A stretch of 64,000 nt of DNA from Coleofasciculus sp. B1-GNL1-01 (GCA_040220235.1 JAVJTO010000024.1), one strand, 5' to 3'; numbered from the stretch's first letter, positions 20,101 through 31,546 are shown. The notes: generated from the sequence alone by a model not told the origin. Numbers and translations: made by a program.

Positions 20101-23100
20101 GGCGTCATTTTGGTCACGATGTCGGTATTGTGTCTCGGATTGAACAAGGGCGCTGTTTGGTGATTGCGGCTCAAGTTCCGCCTAAATCACCTCGACAGGT
20201 GCAGGCGGGAGATACATTTGAATTAGGACAGACCATTTGCAGCGAAACGATTCACGCCAAGGAACCGATCGCGTTCGAGTCGGCTGAAGATACAGAATGG
20301 GCAAATCATCCAGCCTGTCTCACGTTTGGAATTAAATCCTATCTGGGTACGAGTGTCAAGGTAGCGGGAAATGTTTATGGGGCGCTGTGCTTTTTAAGTC
20401 TCGATCAACGTCCCACCCCCCTCGCCACCAACAATCGCTCGGCGTCTCCTCAACTGCTCAAACTCATGGCACAGTGGGTGGGTCATGAGATCGAACGTCA
20501 ACAAGCCAGAACCTTATTAGAGCAGCAATTACAACAGATGTTGTTGCTCAAACAAATTACCCAAGAAATTCGCCAAAGCTTAGACAGTAAGCATATTTTT
20601 CAGACGGCGGCGACGCAAGTGGGTCAGGTTTTCGGTGTAAATCGTTGTCTGATTCATACCTATTTGGCAAAGCCTTGTCCGCAAATTCCGTTGGTGGCTG
20701 AGTATCTAGAACCCGGTTATAAGTCAACCCGACAGCAAACGATTCCCGTTGTGGGCAATCCTCACGCCCAAGCGGTGCTGGTGCAAGACCAAGCCGTAAG
20801 TTCCGAGAATGTTTATGCTGATCCGCGACTGGAGGGGGCGAATCAACTTTGTCGTCAGATTGGTCTGAAATCCATGCTTTCGGTGCGGACTTCCTATCAG
20901 GAGCAGACCAATGGTATTATTTGCCTGCATCAATGCGATCGCTTCCGTCAGTGGAGTAATGATGAAATTGAACTGTTAGAAGCGGTGGCGGCGCAAGTTG
21001 GGATTGCTTTAGCTCAAGCTCAACTCTTAGAACAGGAAAAGCAACGGCGGGAAGAACTGACACTCAAGAACCTCGCCCTACATAAAGCGAAACGGGAAGC
21101 CGAAGTCGCTAATCGGGCAAAAAGTGAGTTTCTGGCAATGATGAGCCATGAAATCCGCACGCCGATGAATGCGGTGATTGGTATGGCTGGGTTGTTGTTG
21201 GATACTGAGTTGACGTCCCAACAGCAAGACTTTGCTAATACGATTAGTAGCAGTGGCGAAGCGTTGCTGACGATTATTAATGATATTCTGGACTTCTCGA
21301 AAATAGAATCCGGAAAATTGGAGTTAGAGGAACACCCCTTTGATGTGCATGTTTGTATTGAGGAAGCGTTGGATTTAGTTGCCTCTCAAACGGCGGCGAA
21401 GGGATTGGAACTTGCTTATTTAATTGAACCCCAAACACCGACCAATGTGGTGGGTGATATTACCCGCCTGCGACAGATTCTGGTGAATTTACTGAGTAAT
21501 GCGGTGAAGTTTACGGAACAGGGGGAAGTGGTGGTATCGGTGATGAGTCGAGCGTTGTCTGGGGAAGCTGGGGGAGCAGAGGGAGCAGAGGGAGCAGAGG
21601 GAGCAGAGGGAGCAGAGGGAGCAGAGGGAGCAGGGGGAGCTGGGGGAGCTGTTCCGGTGGAACGCCTGGAAGCCGAAGAAACCTACGAACTGCAATTTAC
21701 GGTCAGAGATACGGGAATTGGCATTCCCCGCGATCGCATGAATCGGTTGTTTAAACCATTCTCTCAGGTGGATGCGTCGATGACCCGCAATTATGGTGGG
21801 ACAGGATTGGGTTTAGCGATTAGTAAGCGCTTGAGTGAACGGATGGGCGGGCGCTTGTGGGCAGAAAGTGAGGTAGGGAAAGGTTCGACGTTTTATTTCA
21901 CGATTGTAGTGAAATCAGACCCCAATTCGGTCACGGCGGAGTTGGATGCACCCCAACCGGAGTTACGGGGAAAACGGTTACTGGTAGTGGATGATAATGC
22001 CACGAATCGGCAGATTATCACCCTACAGGCGCAGTCGTGGGGAATGGAGGTGACAACAGCCGCATCAGGAGCGCAAGCGCTAAACTGGTTAGCCGACTCG
22101 GAACCTTTTGATCTGGTGGTTTTGGATTGGCAAATGCCAGAAATGGATGGTTTGACCTTAGCGTTACAAATCCAGGCGTTACCGAATAATGAACAACTCC
22201 CCTTGGTCATGCTCAGTTCTGTGGGTCGGCAAACCCCCTATCAACCCGATGATCTGCCCAACTTTGCGGCATTTCTGACCAAGCCGATTAAGCAATCCCA
22301 GCTTTATAATATTTTTGTGGCAATTTTAGGACGTAGGCGGATTTCGGTGCGTCCGGGCGATCGCTCATCGGGACTGCTTGAAGCTCAGTTTGCCCAGAGG
22401 TTACCATTAAGCATTCTGCTAGTCGAAGATGTGGCGGTCAATCAAAAGGTAGCTCGCCAGATGTTGCAGCGCTTAGGATATCGCGCAGATGTGGCGAACA
22501 ATGGACAAGAGGCGCTGGAATCCCTGCGTCGTAAGTCCTATCAAGTTGTTTTCATGGATGTGCAGATGCCTGAAATGGACGGATTGGAGGCAACTCGCCG
22601 CATCCGGGCTGAATGGTCGTCAGCTTGCCAACCCTGGATTATTGCCATGACGGCTCATGCGATGCAGGGAGACCGAGAACAATGTTTGCAAGTGGGCATG
22701 AATGACTATATCAGTAAACCGATTCGACCGGAAGCCCTGGTTCAAGCCTTAACCACGTATGCTCAAGTGCTGGCTCAAGAGGGCAGAGATAGCATACGGG
22801 ATCATTCAGATGAGGACGTATCTGTGCCAGAAATAACCTCAGACTCCAGTGTTACCCCTGCTTTAGATCGGCAAGTGCTGCAAGATTTAAGAGAAATTGC
22901 CGGAGATGATTATGAGGGGTTAATCGCGGAAGTGATTGACAGTTATCTGGAAGACTCCCCACCTAGGGTACAAGCGATTCGGAGTGCGATCGCTCATGAT
23001 GATGGTAGTGCTTTGCACCAATCTGCCCATGCATTGAAATCATCGAGTCTAACGATTGGAGCAAAGGGTTTGGCGCAACTGTGTGCTGAGTTAGAAGCGT

Positions 23101-23210
23101 TGGGTCGCACGGGAAACCTAGAGCCAGCTTCTACCCTGATTTCCCGGTTTAATGCGGAGTATGAGCGAGTTGTCACTGCGTTGCAACAAGAGCATCCGAG
23201 GAAACTATGA
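17190..23210 (+). CDS. Hybrid sensor histidine kinase: TM, ~7 PAS (one LOV), 2 GAF, HisKA, HATPase, REC, REC, HPt
   Basis: LOV signature [10 protein letters not shown]-box [16 protein letters not shown]; two receiver domains; HPt AHALKSSS. Confidence 0.95.
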   Translation: MFPFFNRLLIDGLIHWCNVAGWLFDFSPIRPVLIYGGVFAVMGLLAIGLVGLRQTRRKRNATAFANSPEQLTKTIPTDFALLFQAIPQAVVVTDTDGFIVKVNSAFNQLFGYQPEALVGQPLSQLYANPEEFDPQTMNPDSADFNQSKVINYQRQTGNSFSSETLNSVVKDRDGNVVGILWLIRDISDRQQTELALQASDERLNLLIDGIKDYAIYLLDTEGKIVSWNAGAQRLKGYSASEIIGQSYQCFFLKDDQESGKPEQSLKIAAETGRFEDEGWRIRRDGSQFWCTTIITALRDETGYLRGFAKVTRNITESKQTEVRLQLLERAIAASSNGILITDPNVPDNPIIFVNPGFERITGYSAQEVLGKNCRFLQGDNQQQPGLDKLKAALKNEQDCHVILQNTRKDGTRFWNELSISPIRDHNGKLTHYIGIQTDISERRQAEQERDRIFDLSVDMLCIAGFDGYFRRLNPAWEKTLGWSEAELLAQPYLELVHPDDHAATLAEAEQLTRGKDSIAFENRYRCRDGSYRWLLWNAKALVEEGLIYCVAHDVTERKQAEAALRESEARFRAMADSAPVLLWVAGTDGRCTFFNRPWLDFTGRRLEDELGEGWLEAVHPEDKENCRQTYTHAFNRRQAFRMEYRLRRADGEYRWFLDTGVPRFGTDGSFLGYIGSCIDITDVKESQAALEYSQSLLSGVLNSSLDGVMAFEAVRDRQGTIIDFKWLLVNPAAERMVGRTSEELIGKQLLMEMPGNRQEGLFDFYVQVTETGIPLEREFHYHHEGIQAWFQIAAVKLGDGFAVTFGNITHRKQAEDALYQKNSELQAIFNALPDLYFRLSQDGTILDYQATNRGELYVPPEQFLGQPVHNVLPADVSDKIQGAIAQVIQRQSPVSLDYSLSLETGEQNYEARLVPFLDNQIIGIIRNITERKQIEQQQRQDEAAIRALYRVAAAPKLTFEQRLQGLLALGRRHFGHDVGIVSRIEQGRCLVIAAQVPPKSPRQVQAGDTFELGQTICSETIHAKEPIAFESAEDTEWANHPACLTFGIKSYLGTSVKVAGNVYGALCFLSLDQRPTPLATNNRSASPQLLKLMAQWVGHEIERQQARTLLEQQLQQMLLLKQITQEIRQSLDSKHIFQTAATQVGQVFGVNRCLIHTYLAKPCPQIPLVAEYLEPGYKSTRQQTIPVVGNPHAQAVLVQDQAVSSENVYADPRLEGANQLCRQIGLKSMLSVRTSYQEQTNGIICLHQCDRFRQWSNDEIELLEAVAAQVGIALAQAQLLEQEKQRREELTLKNLALHKAKREAEVANRAKSEFLAMMSHEIRTPMNAVIGMAGLLLDTELTSQQQDFANTISSSGEALLTIINDILDFSKIESGKLELEEHPFDVHVCIEEALDLVASQTAAKGLELAYLIEPQTPTNVVGDITRLRQILVNLLSNAVKFTEQGEVVVSVMSRALSGEAGGAEGAEGAEGAEGAEGAEGAGGAGGAVPVERLEAEETYELQFTVRDTGIGIPRDRMNRLFKPFSQVDASMTRNYGGTGLGLAISKRLSERMGGRLWAESEVGKGSTFYFTIVVKSDPNSVTAELDAPQPELRGKRLLVVDDNATNRQIITLQAQSWGMEVTTAASGAQALNWLADSEPFDLVVLDWQMPEMDGLTLALQIQALPNNEQLPLVMLSSVGRQTPYQPDDLPNFAAFLTKPIKQSQLYNIFVAILGRRRISVRPGDRSSGLLEAQFAQRLPLSILLVEDVAVNQKVARQMLQRLGYRADVANNGQEALESLRRKSYQVVFMDVQMPEMDGLEATRRIRAEWSSACQPWIIAMTAHAMQGDREQCLQVGMNDYISKPIRPEALVQALTTYAQVLAQEGRDSIRDHSDEDVSVPEITSDSSVTPALDRQVLQDLREIAGDDYEGLIAEVIDSYLEDSPPRVQAIRSAIAHDDGSALHQSAHALKSSSLTIGAKGLAQLCAELEALGRTGNLEPASTLISRFNAEYERVVTALQQEHPRKL
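21561..21650 (+). repeat. In-frame 9-mer STRR (10 units) inside the kinase, encoding (E/G)GA repeats
   Basis: Units such as GAGGGAGCA and GGGGGAGCT, the same family as intergenic tracts at 4521, 34121 and 58381. Confidence 0.9.
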
Positions 23211-24205
23211 TGAATGAGCCTGACTTTCAGCGTGACCCTCCCCTGATTTTGATTGTGGATGATGAAAAGACCCTACGCCTGGTGCTGCGTCGGGCGATGG
23301 AACAGGAAGGATATCGGGTCTCAGAAGTGGGGGATGGGCATCAATGTCTGGCGTTTTGCACCGAACAGTTACCCGATATTATTTTGTTGGATGCGATGAT
23401 GCCTGTGATGGATGGGTTTACCTGTTGCGCTCGGTTACAGGAACGATTTGGTCAGAAATGCCCACCTATTTTGATGATTACAGGACTTAATAATCAGGAA
23501 TCCGTAGACCGAGCCTTTGAAGCAGGCGCTACAGACTATATCACGAAACCGATTCATTGGGCGGTGCTGCGGCAACGAGTGCGGCGGTTACTGCATACGC
23601 ATTGGGTGATGGCGGAGTTACACCGCAAAATTGAGCAAGAACGGGTGCTGAAGGCGAAGTTAGAGGAAATGAATCAAGAGTTGCAACGGTTGGTTGATTT
23701 GGATGGGTTGACTCAGATTGCCAATCGTCGGGCGTTTGATGAGGCGTTGCAGCAGGAGTGGAAACGATTGGCGCGGGAACAATCACCTCTGTCGTTAATT
23801 TTGTGTGATATTGATTTTTTTAAGGCATATAACGATACCTATGGACATCAAGCGGGAGATGAGTGTCTTAAACAAGTTGCTAATATTTTGCGTAAAGCGG
23901 CAAAGCGTCCAGCGGATGTGGTAGCGCGGTATGGGGGTGAGGAATTTGTGGTGATTTTACCGAATACCTCCCTCAGAGGTGCGATGCAGGTAGCAGAATC
24001 GATTCGCTCGAAACTGAAGTCGCGGGCGATTGTCCATGAGGGATCTGGGGTGAGTAAATTTGTCACCTTAAGTTGTGGTGTAGCTGGAGTAATTCCGCCG
24101 CCAAGAACGACTCCAGAGCGGCTAATTGCGGAGGCAGATCAAGCGCTGTATAAGGCAAAGGTGCAAGGGCGCGATCGCGTGGTGGGGAATTTGGTTGAGG
24201 TTTGA
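23207..24205 (+). CDS. REC-GGDEF diguanylate cyclase
   Basis: REC domain plus RPAD I-site and RYGGEEF; ATGA overlap with the upstream kinase stop. Confidence 0.95.
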   Translation: MMNEPDFQRDPPLILIVDDEKTLRLVLRRAMEQEGYRVSEVGDGHQCLAFCTEQLPDIILLDAMMPVMDGFTCCARLQERFGQKCPPILMITGLNNQESVDRAFEAGATDYITKPIHWAVLRQRVRRLLHTHWVMAELHRKIEQERVLKAKLEEMNQELQRLVDLDGLTQIANRRAFDEALQQEWKRLAREQSPLSLILCDIDFFKAYNDTYGHQAGDECLKQVANILRKAAKRPADVVARYGGEEFVVILPNTSLRGAMQVAESIRSKLKSRAIVHEGSGVSKFVTLSCGVAGVIPPPRTTPERLIAEADQALYKAKVQGRDRVVGNLVEV

Positions 24206-24410
24206 TTGTTATTGGTCATTTGTCATTTGTCATTTGTCATAAGTAGTCGGACAAAAGAAAACGGTGCTGTATTCAGAAGACGGGTTTGACCAATACAGTG
24301 AGCGATTGGAGAATTATCGGTTATCCAAACAACCCATGCCCGACAAGAATTAGCAGTATCCTCTAAGAAGTCGGGCATCTATCTGTGTACCTCACAGCTT
24401 ATCAACAACA

Positions 24411-24438
24411 GTAGGGACACGACATGCCGTGTCCCTAC
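24411..24438. repeat. GTAG-type REP palindrome
   Basis: GTAGGGACACGACATGCCGTGTCCCTAC. Related REPs occur at 26187, 32094, 32373, 40224 and 58494. Confidence 0.8.
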
Positions 24439-24474
24439 TCTGAATCTATGGATATGTTCTAACTTAATAACGTT

Positions 24475-24654
24475 TTAACGATGAGCATAAAGTCCTGGTG
24501 CATAGGCTTCTAACACTTTGCCTGTGCGGAAGCAATTGATCATCAAGTAATCACAGGTTGGACATTGAGTATTAGATAAATTCGTTTTAAAACAGTATTC
24601 TCGTTGAGCGAGACTCCCACAATTTGGACAATGGATTTCTTGTTTTATCTGCAT
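24475..24654 (-). CDS. Small zinc-ribbon protein
   Basis: CPNCG...CPTCDYLM...GKVLEAYAPG; likely start MQIKQ. Confidence 0.75.
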   Translation of the reverse strand: MQIKQEIHCPNCGSLAQREYCFKTNLSNTQCPTCDYLMINCFRTGKVLEAYAPGLYAHR

Positions 24655-24898
24655 TTTGTAACTGGTTTTATGACAAAAAAGAATTGAACGTAACAACTTT
24701 AATTAAGTTTCCATGATTAAATTATGCCAAAGATTTAAACCAAATTTTGCTTTCTTAATATTTCCTTAATCTTTATTTAATCTTTATATTTGGCTATTGG
24801 ATTCTACCGTTGCCGATGCAGACAGACCCATCTATCGGGCGAGGGAGGTTGTTTCGTCAAATGTTAAGAATAGTAAATAGAACCAGGATGGACTCAAG

Positions 24899-26146
24899 AT
24901 GAAAATCTTCTTAACCATGGAAGCGCAACAACGCAGGAACCTACTCGCTCTATTCGCGGCGGGTCTTCTGTTTTGGTCAAGTTTAGCTTCGATGCTACCA
25001 GCATTACCCCCTTACATTGAAGACATGGGGGGAACAACGCAGCAAGTCGGGATGGTGATGGGCGGCTTTGCGATCGGGTTGTTGATGTTTCGACAACGGT
25101 TAGGACATTTAGCCGATCAACATAGCCGTAAACTGGTAATCCTGATTGGTACGATTGTGGTGGCGATCGCACCGTTAGGGTATTTGTTCGCGGATTCGAT
25201 TGCCTGGTTAATGGCAATCCGGGTCTTTCACGGGATTGGTTTAGCGGCATTTACGACAGGCTATATCGCCTTGGTGACCGATTTGTCACCCGTAGGTCAA
25301 CGAGGAGAGTTAATTGGCTATATGAGTCTGGTGACGCCCTTGGGTATGGGATTAGGTCCAGCCTTGGGGGGATTGCTGGAGGCTCAAGCGGGTTACACCG
25401 CGTTTTTTCTATTTTCTGGGGGGCTGGGTTTATTCGCGTTTGTTTGTGCTAGCCAGGTGAGGGAACCTGAGCGAATCCAGGGAGCAAAATCGAACACAGC
25501 TAAACTGACATTCAAAGGATTCTGGCAGCTATTGGTGAGTCCCCGGCTGAGGATTCCGGCTGTGGTATTGCTTTTGGCTGGGTTGGCGTTTGGTGGGGTG
25601 AGTACATTTGCGGCGTTGTATATCCGAGCCACAAATGTCGATTTAAATCCGGGCTGGTTTTTCACGGCGGTGGCGATAGGGAGTTTCGGGATGCGTTTAA
25701 TCGCGGGGCGGGCGTCTGATCGGTATGGGCGAGGTGTGTTTATTACCGGGAGTCTGATTGGCTATGGATTTGCCTTAACCCTGTTTTCTCAAGCGCAAAC
25801 CCCACAAGCCTTTTTGCTGATTGGTTTAATTCAAGGATCAGGAGCGGGGATTTTATTACCCTTGATGATCGCCTTAATTTCCGATCGCTCCGGCGCCCAT
25901 GAACGTGGGCGCGTGTTCTCGGCTTGTATTGCAGGGTTTGATTTAGGGATTGCGATCGCAGGACCCTTTTGGGGTACGATGGCTGAACCTCTGGGCTATC
26001 CCAGCATTTTTCTGGGTGCAGCGGGTTTGATTGTCTTAGCGCTGATTATTTTCACGACTCAATCGAGCAAAACGTTATCTCATTCCTTCAGATTTGCTGT
26101 AGGGCGAGAGCGAGATATTTATGTTTATCGAGAGGTCGAGTCCTAG
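24899..26146 (+). CDS. MFS transporter
   Basis: About 12 TM segments; motif A variants GHLADQHSRK and GRASDRYGR. Confidence 0.92.
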   Translation: MKIFLTMEAQQRRNLLALFAAGLLFWSSLASMLPALPPYIEDMGGTTQQVGMVMGGFAIGLLMFRQRLGHLADQHSRKLVILIGTIVVAIAPLGYLFADSIAWLMAIRVFHGIGLAAFTTGYIALVTDLSPVGQRGELIGYMSLVTPLGMGLGPALGGLLEAQAGYTAFFLFSGGLGLFAFVCASQVREPERIQGAKSNTAKLTFKGFWQLLVSPRLRIPAVVLLLAGLAFGGVSTFAALYIRATNVDLNPGWFFTAVAIGSFGMRLIAGRASDRYGRGVFITGSLIGYGFALTLFSQAQTPQAFLLIGLIQGSGAGILLPLMIALISDRSGAHERGRVFSACIAGFDLGIAIAGPFWGTMAEPLGYPSIFLGAAGLIVLALIIFTTQSSKTLSHSFRFAVGRERDIYVYREVES

Positions 26147-26274
26147 TCTAGAGGTGCTGAGGGAGATGAGGGAGCTGGGGGAGCATGTAGAGACGTAGCA
26201 TGCTACGTCTGGAAGCTGGGGAAGAGGATGACCAATGACCAATGACAAATCATTGATAAAATAGAGAGCCGTTA

Positions 26275-27351
26275 GTGAAATTCGCAATGACTCCATCTCC
26301 TTCGTACTCTGATCCGCAGTTACTTAAGAGCGATTTAGCGGCACTTATTGAGCGACTGCCAAATCTGACTGATGAAAAATGGATTCAACGTGCTTTAGGC
26401 GTACTGGTTCGGCTGACTCAGGAGGAGATTGATCGCCTGGATTGGAAAATCCTCACAGCGACGTTAGAGGATATGGAATCTGCTTTTCAAGTATTCTATC
26501 CCTATCGTCATGTCCGCAAGGTGACGATTTTCGGTTCAGCCCGGATTGACTCCCAGACACCGGAATATAAAATCGCTGCCGAGTTTGCCCGCTATTTGAC
26601 CCAGCACGGTTTTATGGTGATGACAGGTGCTGGCGGTGGCATTATGGAGGCAGGACATTTAGGTGCGGGCGCGGAAAATTCCTTTGGTTTGAATATTCAG
26701 CTTCCCTTTGAGGAAACGAATCCGTTTATTCAGGGAGATCCGAAACTGATTCGGTTTAAATATTTCTTTACCCGCAAACTATTCTTCCTTAAAGAAAGTG
26801 ACGCGATCGCACTTTTTCCTGGTGGCTTTGGTACGCAGGATGAAGCCTTTGAATGTTTAACCCTCTGTCAAACCGGGCGACTTGAACCAGTACCATTAGT
26901 CTTGATTGATCGCCCTGGTGGTACATACTGGCACGATTGGGATGCCTATCTTCGCAAGCATCTAATTCAACGCGGGTTAATCAGCCCGGAAGATACTAGC
27001 CTTTATACGGTGACGGATAATCTGGATGTGGCTTATGAGGCAATTCATCAGTTCTACAGTGTCTATCATTCTAGTCGTTATGTGGGCGATCAGTTTGTGA
27101 TGCGACTTAAATCAGAGTTGTCTGATGCTGAGGTTGAACAGCTTAACGCTGAGTTTAGTGATATTGTTGTCAAGGGTCAAATTGAAAAAAGCAAGGCTTT
27201 GCCGGAAGAACTTCCGGATGAAACGGCTGATCTGCCACGCTTAATTTTTTACTTTAACCGCAAAGATTCTGGGCGTCTCTATCAACTGATCGCTCGAATT
27301 AGTCAAATGGCGGCTGCATCCCCAGAAACAACCCATCCTGAACGTAAATAA
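26275..27351 (+). CDS. LOG family (TIGR00730-like) protein
   Basis: VTIFGSAR, TGAGGGIMEA, FFTRK and PGGFGTQDE motifs. Confidence 0.9.
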   Translation: MKFAMTPSPSYSDPQLLKSDLAALIERLPNLTDEKWIQRALGVLVRLTQEEIDRLDWKILTATLEDMESAFQVFYPYRHVRKVTIFGSARIDSQTPEYKIAAEFARYLTQHGFMVMTGAGGGIMEAGHLGAGAENSFGLNIQLPFEETNPFIQGDPKLIRFKYFFTRKLFFLKESDAIALFPGGFGTQDEAFECLTLCQTGRLEPVPLVLIDRPGGTYWHDWDAYLRKHLIQRGLISPEDTSLYTVTDNLDVAYEAIHQFYSVYHSSRYVGDQFVMRLKSELSDAEVEQLNAEFSDIVVKGQIEKSKALPEELPDETADLPRLIFYFNRKDSGRLYQLIARISQMAAASPETTHPERK

Positions 27352-27457
27352 ATAGGTAGGCACAATAAACGTGAAAGGCGGAGGTCGTCATTTGTCATTT
27401 GTCATTTGTCATTTGTTAGAGAACAGGGAACAGGGAACAGGTAAGGTAGAGTTTTGA

Positions 27458-27648
27458 GTTACAGCTCTTTGCGCTGTAATAAAGTACAGTAGATCAAAGT
27501 CCCCCTTCAGATCCCCCTCCCGTCCCCCTATTAGATCCCCCTCCCGTCCCCCTTAAAAAGGGGGAAGCCAAAGGATGCTTCGCTTTTTTGGCTTATGGGA
27601 TTTAGGGGGATCGACAATGTACCGCATAGCAGAGCAAACTGCTGTAAC
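27458..27648. mobile_element. MITE with imperfect ~30-bp TIRs (GTTACAGC...GTACA)
   Basis: Left end GTTACAGCTCTTTGCGCTGTAATAAAGTACA versus reverse complement of right end GTTACAGCAGTTTGCTCTGCTATGCGGTACA; internal CCCCCTTAAAAAGGGGG hairpin. Confidence 0.65.
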
Positions 27649-27999
27649 TTCCTCATCTTCCTCCTCTCCCCACTCCTCCGCTTCCTTTCTTCTTGAAACA
27701 GATAATGGGAGAAAAAAGAATTAACCCAATTAAAATTATATTTTTCAGAGAAAATAATATATTTTTTTATTCTTTAAAACAAGTAATTGCTTTTATTTTT
27801 CTTTTATTAATCTTTAAAATAACTTTATTAAAAAATGATGACACTTCATATTCTGCTTGTCAGAATAGCTATTAGTGGTACCTGCGGATAGCACCACAAC
27901 AATGTCCGAGCAAACATTATTGTAGCTGCCAATTCCTGCTCTGAGAACAAATCCTTGCTTTTGTTCTTGCTTAATGCGCTCACTAATAGGAGTTAAAGA

Positions 28000-30900
28000 A
28001 TGACTTTTGCTGTAGATTTTGATGTTGCAAATGACTGGGGAAGTGGCTTTACAGCGAATCTTTCAATTGCCAACAATAGTTCCAGCGATGTAAATAGTTG
28101 GACTCTGGAGTTTGAAGCTCCCTTTGAAATTACCAATATCTGGGGTGCGGAAATTGTTAGTCAAGACGGCAATCGTTATACAGTTCGCAACCTCAGCTAT
28201 AACGGCACTCTAACGGCTGATGGTACGGTTTCTTTCGGTTTCAACGGTAGCGGCGAGAGTGTTGAACCAACCGGTTATAGTCTCAATGGAGAATCCATTG
28301 GCACGTCTCCATCCATACCGACGCTTTCTGTTGATAATGTAACCGTTACTGAAGGTGACAGTGGTACAGTTGCGGCTGAGTTTGTCGTCAACCTATCCGA
28401 AGCCAGTGACCAAGAGGTGATGGTTGAGTATGGGACTGCCAATGGTACAGCCACGGCGGGGTCTGACTACACCGCTCAATCTGGCACGTTGACCTTTGCG
28501 GCAGGAGAAACCTCTAAAATCATTAGTGTACCTGTACTTGGGGACACGACGGTAGAGAACAATGAAACCTTCACTCTGAATCTCTCTAGTCCCAGCAACG
28601 CCACCATTGCAGACGCGCAAGGGATTGGCACAATTACCGATAATGATGAGTCTGCCCCAGTACTACCCCAGTTATCGATTGATGATGTCAGTGTCACTGA
28701 AGGGGATAGCGGGAGTAAAAACGCAACATTTACCGTTAACCTCTCCGCCGCTAGCACTGAATCTGTCACCGTTGACTATGGGACTAGCGATGACACAGCC
28801 ACAGCGGGGTCTGACTACACCGCTCAATCTGGCACAATCACCTTTGACGCTGGAGAAACCTCTCAAACCATCACTGTACCCATCTTAGGTGACACAACGG
28901 TAGAGAGCGATGAAACCTTTAACGTTAACCTCTCCCAAGCCAACAACGCCACAATTGCAGATGCTCAAGGGGTGGGTACAATTAGCAATGATGACTCCAG
29001 CAGTCTTCCCACCACAGACAATGCGTTTGCGGTTGATTTTGATGTTGCCAACGATTGGGGAAGTGGCTTCACCGCGAATCTAGAAATTGCTAACAATAGC
29101 TCAAGCCAGGTGAATGGCTGGACGCTGGAGTTTGACTCTCAATTTGAAATTACCGATATCTGGGGAGCGAAAATTCTCAGCAAAGAAGGCAACCGTTATA
29201 CCATTGGCAACCTTAGTTATAACGGCACTTTAGCGGCTGACGGTACGGTTTCTTTCGGTTTCAACGGTAACGGTGATAGTGTTGAACCCACTAGCTACAG
29301 TTTGAATGGAGACCCCATTGACGCCTCCCCCTCGATACCGACGCTCTCAGTTGATGATGTCAGTGTTACCGAAGGTGACAACGGTACGGTTGCGGCTGAG
29401 TTTGTCGTCAACATGTCCGAAGCCAGTGACCAAGAGGTGACGGTTGAGTATGGGACTGACAACGGTACAGCAACAGCAGGGTCTGACTATACCGCTCAAT
29501 CGGGTACAATCACCTTTGCAGCGGGAGAAACCTCGAAAATCATCAGCGTTGATGTCAATGGAGACACGACAGTAGAGAGCAATGAAACCTTTAATTTGAA
29601 CCTCTCCAATGCCAGCAATGCAACCATTGCAGATGCTCAAGGGGTTGGCACCATTAATAATGATGACGCCGATTCTACTCCGGTACTGCCCCAGTTCTCC
29701 ATCAATGATGTCAGTGTCACTGAAGGCGATAGCGGGAGTAAAAACGCGACCTTTACCGTCAGCCTCTCCGCCGCTAGCACGGAGTCGATAAGCGTTGACT
29801 ACGGGACTAGCAATGACACAGCCACAGCGGGGTCTGACTATACCGCTGAATCTGGCACACTTACCTTTGCGGCGGGAGAAACCTCGAAAACCATTAGTGT
29901 CGCTGTCACTGGAGACACCACGGTTGAGAGCGATGAAACCTTTAACGTTAATCTCTCCAATGCTAGTAACGCCACGATTGGAGATGGTCAAGGGGTGGGA
30001 ACCATTCTCAATAACGATTCCTCCCAACCCCCTCCTCAGCAAGGGGATTTTAATTATGGGGAAGCGCTGCAAAAGTCTATCCTCTTCTACTATGCTCAAC
30101 GCTCTGGTGACCTACCCGATACCAATCCTATCCCTTGGCGCGGTGATTCCGCTCTAAACGATGGCTCAGATGTAGGAGTTGACCTGACAGGCGGTTACTA
30201 CGACGCGGGCGACCACGTTAAATTCGGCTTACCCGGAGCCGCTTCCCTAACCATGCTGGGTTGGGGTGCGGTTCAATACCAGGATGCTTATCAGCAAAGT
30301 GGACAATTTGAAGAGGTTCTGGACACCATCAAGTGGGGTACTGATTACATCCTCAAAGCTCACGTCACTGACGGTCAAGGGACGAAAGAGTTTTACGGAC
30401 AAGTTGGAGATGGTAACCTCGACCACGCTTACTGGGGTCCTCCGGAAGACATGACCATGGAACGACCCGCCTATAAAATCGACCGTCAGAATCCTGGGTC
30501 TGATTTAGCTGGGGAAGCGGCGGCGTCTCTGGCGGCGGCTTCGATTGTCTTCCGAGGAGTAGACGAAGCCTACGCGGATACCCTGCTACAGAACGCTGAA
30601 CAACTCTACGATTTTGCTGACCAATATCGCGGTGTCTATACTGACGCGATTCCCGATGCGGGTCAGTTCTACAATTCCTTCAGTGGCTTCCAAGACGAGC
30701 TAGTTTGGGGCGCAACCTGGCTACACAAAGCAACGGAGGCGGCGGGTAGTACAGATACGACGTATCTCAACAAAGCCGAAAGTTTATACCAGGGAATTGG
30801 TCCAGGGTGGACGCAATCCTGGGATGACAAATCCTATGGTGCGGCTATCTTGTTAGCTCAGGAAACGGGCAAATCTGAGTATAAAGGTGATGTGGAAGGC

Positions 30901-31443
30901 TGGTTAAACTCCTGGCTTCCCGGCGGTAGTACCGCAACCTATACCGATGGTGGACTCGCATGGCTGAGTCAGTGGGGTTCTCTGCGCTACAGCGCCAATA
31001 CCTCATTCCTAGCTGGCGTCTACGCGGATACGGTGAATGACCCCAATGGTCAATACTCGGATTTTGCTGAGGGGCAAATTGACTATATCCTAGGCGATAA
31101 TCCCCGCGACTTCAGCTATATGGTTGGTTTTGGTGAGGACTATGCGCTCAACCCCCACCACCGCGCGGCTTCTGGAGTGACGAATATCAGTGATTCTCGC
31201 GATAACCTACATACCCTCTACGGGGCGCTAGTGGGAGGTCCTGCTTCAGCCGATGATTTTGATTATGTGGATGAGCGCACGGACTTCATTCGCAATGAAG
31301 TGGCGATGGACTACAATGCTGGCTTAACCGGAGCGTTGGCTAGAATGTACGGAGAATTTGGTGGACAAACGCTCGATACTATTTCGGGAGTCAATCTCGA
31401 TAACTTGAATTCGTTGACCGTTGCCGATGTAGTCGCATCCTAA
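28000..31443 (+). CDS. GH9 endoglucanase with duplicated (CBM2 + Calx-beta + Calx-beta) module
   Basis: DWGSGF CBM2 twice, Calx-beta (TATAGSDY) four times, GH9 motifs DLTGGYYDAGDHVKF, NPHHRAAS and NEVAMDYNAG; RBS AGGAG. Confidence 0.93.
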   Translation: MTFAVDFDVANDWGSGFTANLSIANNSSSDVNSWTLEFEAPFEITNIWGAEIVSQDGNRYTVRNLSYNGTLTADGTVSFGFNGSGESVEPTGYSLNGESIGTSPSIPTLSVDNVTVTEGDSGTVAAEFVVNLSEASDQEVMVEYGTANGTATAGSDYTAQSGTLTFAAGETSKIISVPVLGDTTVENNETFTLNLSSPSNATIADAQGIGTITDNDESAPVLPQLSIDDVSVTEGDSGSKNATFTVNLSAASTESVTVDYGTSDDTATAGSDYTAQSGTITFDAGETSQTITVPILGDTTVESDETFNVNLSQANNATIADAQGVGTISNDDSSSLPTTDNAFAVDFDVANDWGSGFTANLEIANNSSSQVNGWTLEFDSQFEITDIWGAKILSKEGNRYTIGNLSYNGTLAADGTVSFGFNGNGDSVEPTSYSLNGDPIDASPSIPTLSVDDVSVTEGDNGTVAAEFVVNMSEASDQEVTVEYGTDNGTATAGSDYTAQSGTITFAAGETSKIISVDVNGDTTVESNETFNLNLSNASNATIADAQGVGTINNDDADSTPVLPQFSINDVSVTEGDSGSKNATFTVSLSAASTESISVDYGTSNDTATAGSDYTAESGTLTFAAGETSKTISVAVTGDTTVESDETFNVNLSNASNATIGDGQGVGTILNNDSSQPPPQQGDFNYGEALQKSILFYYAQRSGDLPDTNPIPWRGDSALNDGSDVGVDLTGGYYDAGDHVKFGLPGAASLTMLGWGAVQYQDAYQQSGQFEEVLDTIKWGTDYILKAHVTDGQGTKEFYGQVGDGNLDHAYWGPPEDMTMERPAYKIDRQNPGSDLAGEAAASLAAASIVFRGVDEAYADTLLQNAEQLYDFADQYRGVYTDAIPDAGQFYNSFSGFQDELVWGATWLHKATEAAGSTDTTYLNKAESLYQGIGPGWTQSWDDKSYGAAILLAQETGKSEYKGDVEGWLNSWLPGGSTATYTDGGLAWLSQWGSLRYSANTSFLAGVYADTVNDPNGQYSDFAEGQIDYILGDNPRDFSYMVGFGEDYALNPHHRAASGVTNISDSRDNLHTLYGALVGGPASADDFDYVDERTDFIRNEVAMDYNAGLTGALARMYGEFGGQTLDTISGVNLDNLNSLTVADVVAS

Positions 31444-31546
31444 AGAAACAGGAGCAGGATAGGTGAACAATTATCCTGCTACCAATTTAGTTTGATCAGA
31501 AGTAATGAATAGGGCGATTTTACCGCACCGAGTCTTTTAAGTCAAT

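Noticed and set aside
20560..21030. GAF domains of the large kinase as cyanobacteriochrome photoreceptors
   Set aside because: No DXCF or CH bilin-binding motif is visible.
24475..24654. PriA helicase label sometimes given to such small proteins
   Set aside because: Only a 59-aa zinc ribbon with no helicase domains.
29347..30099. 250-aa antisense ORF within the GH9 gene, and other shadow ORFs
   Set aside because: Lies opposite a well-supported CDS and has no recognisable motifs.
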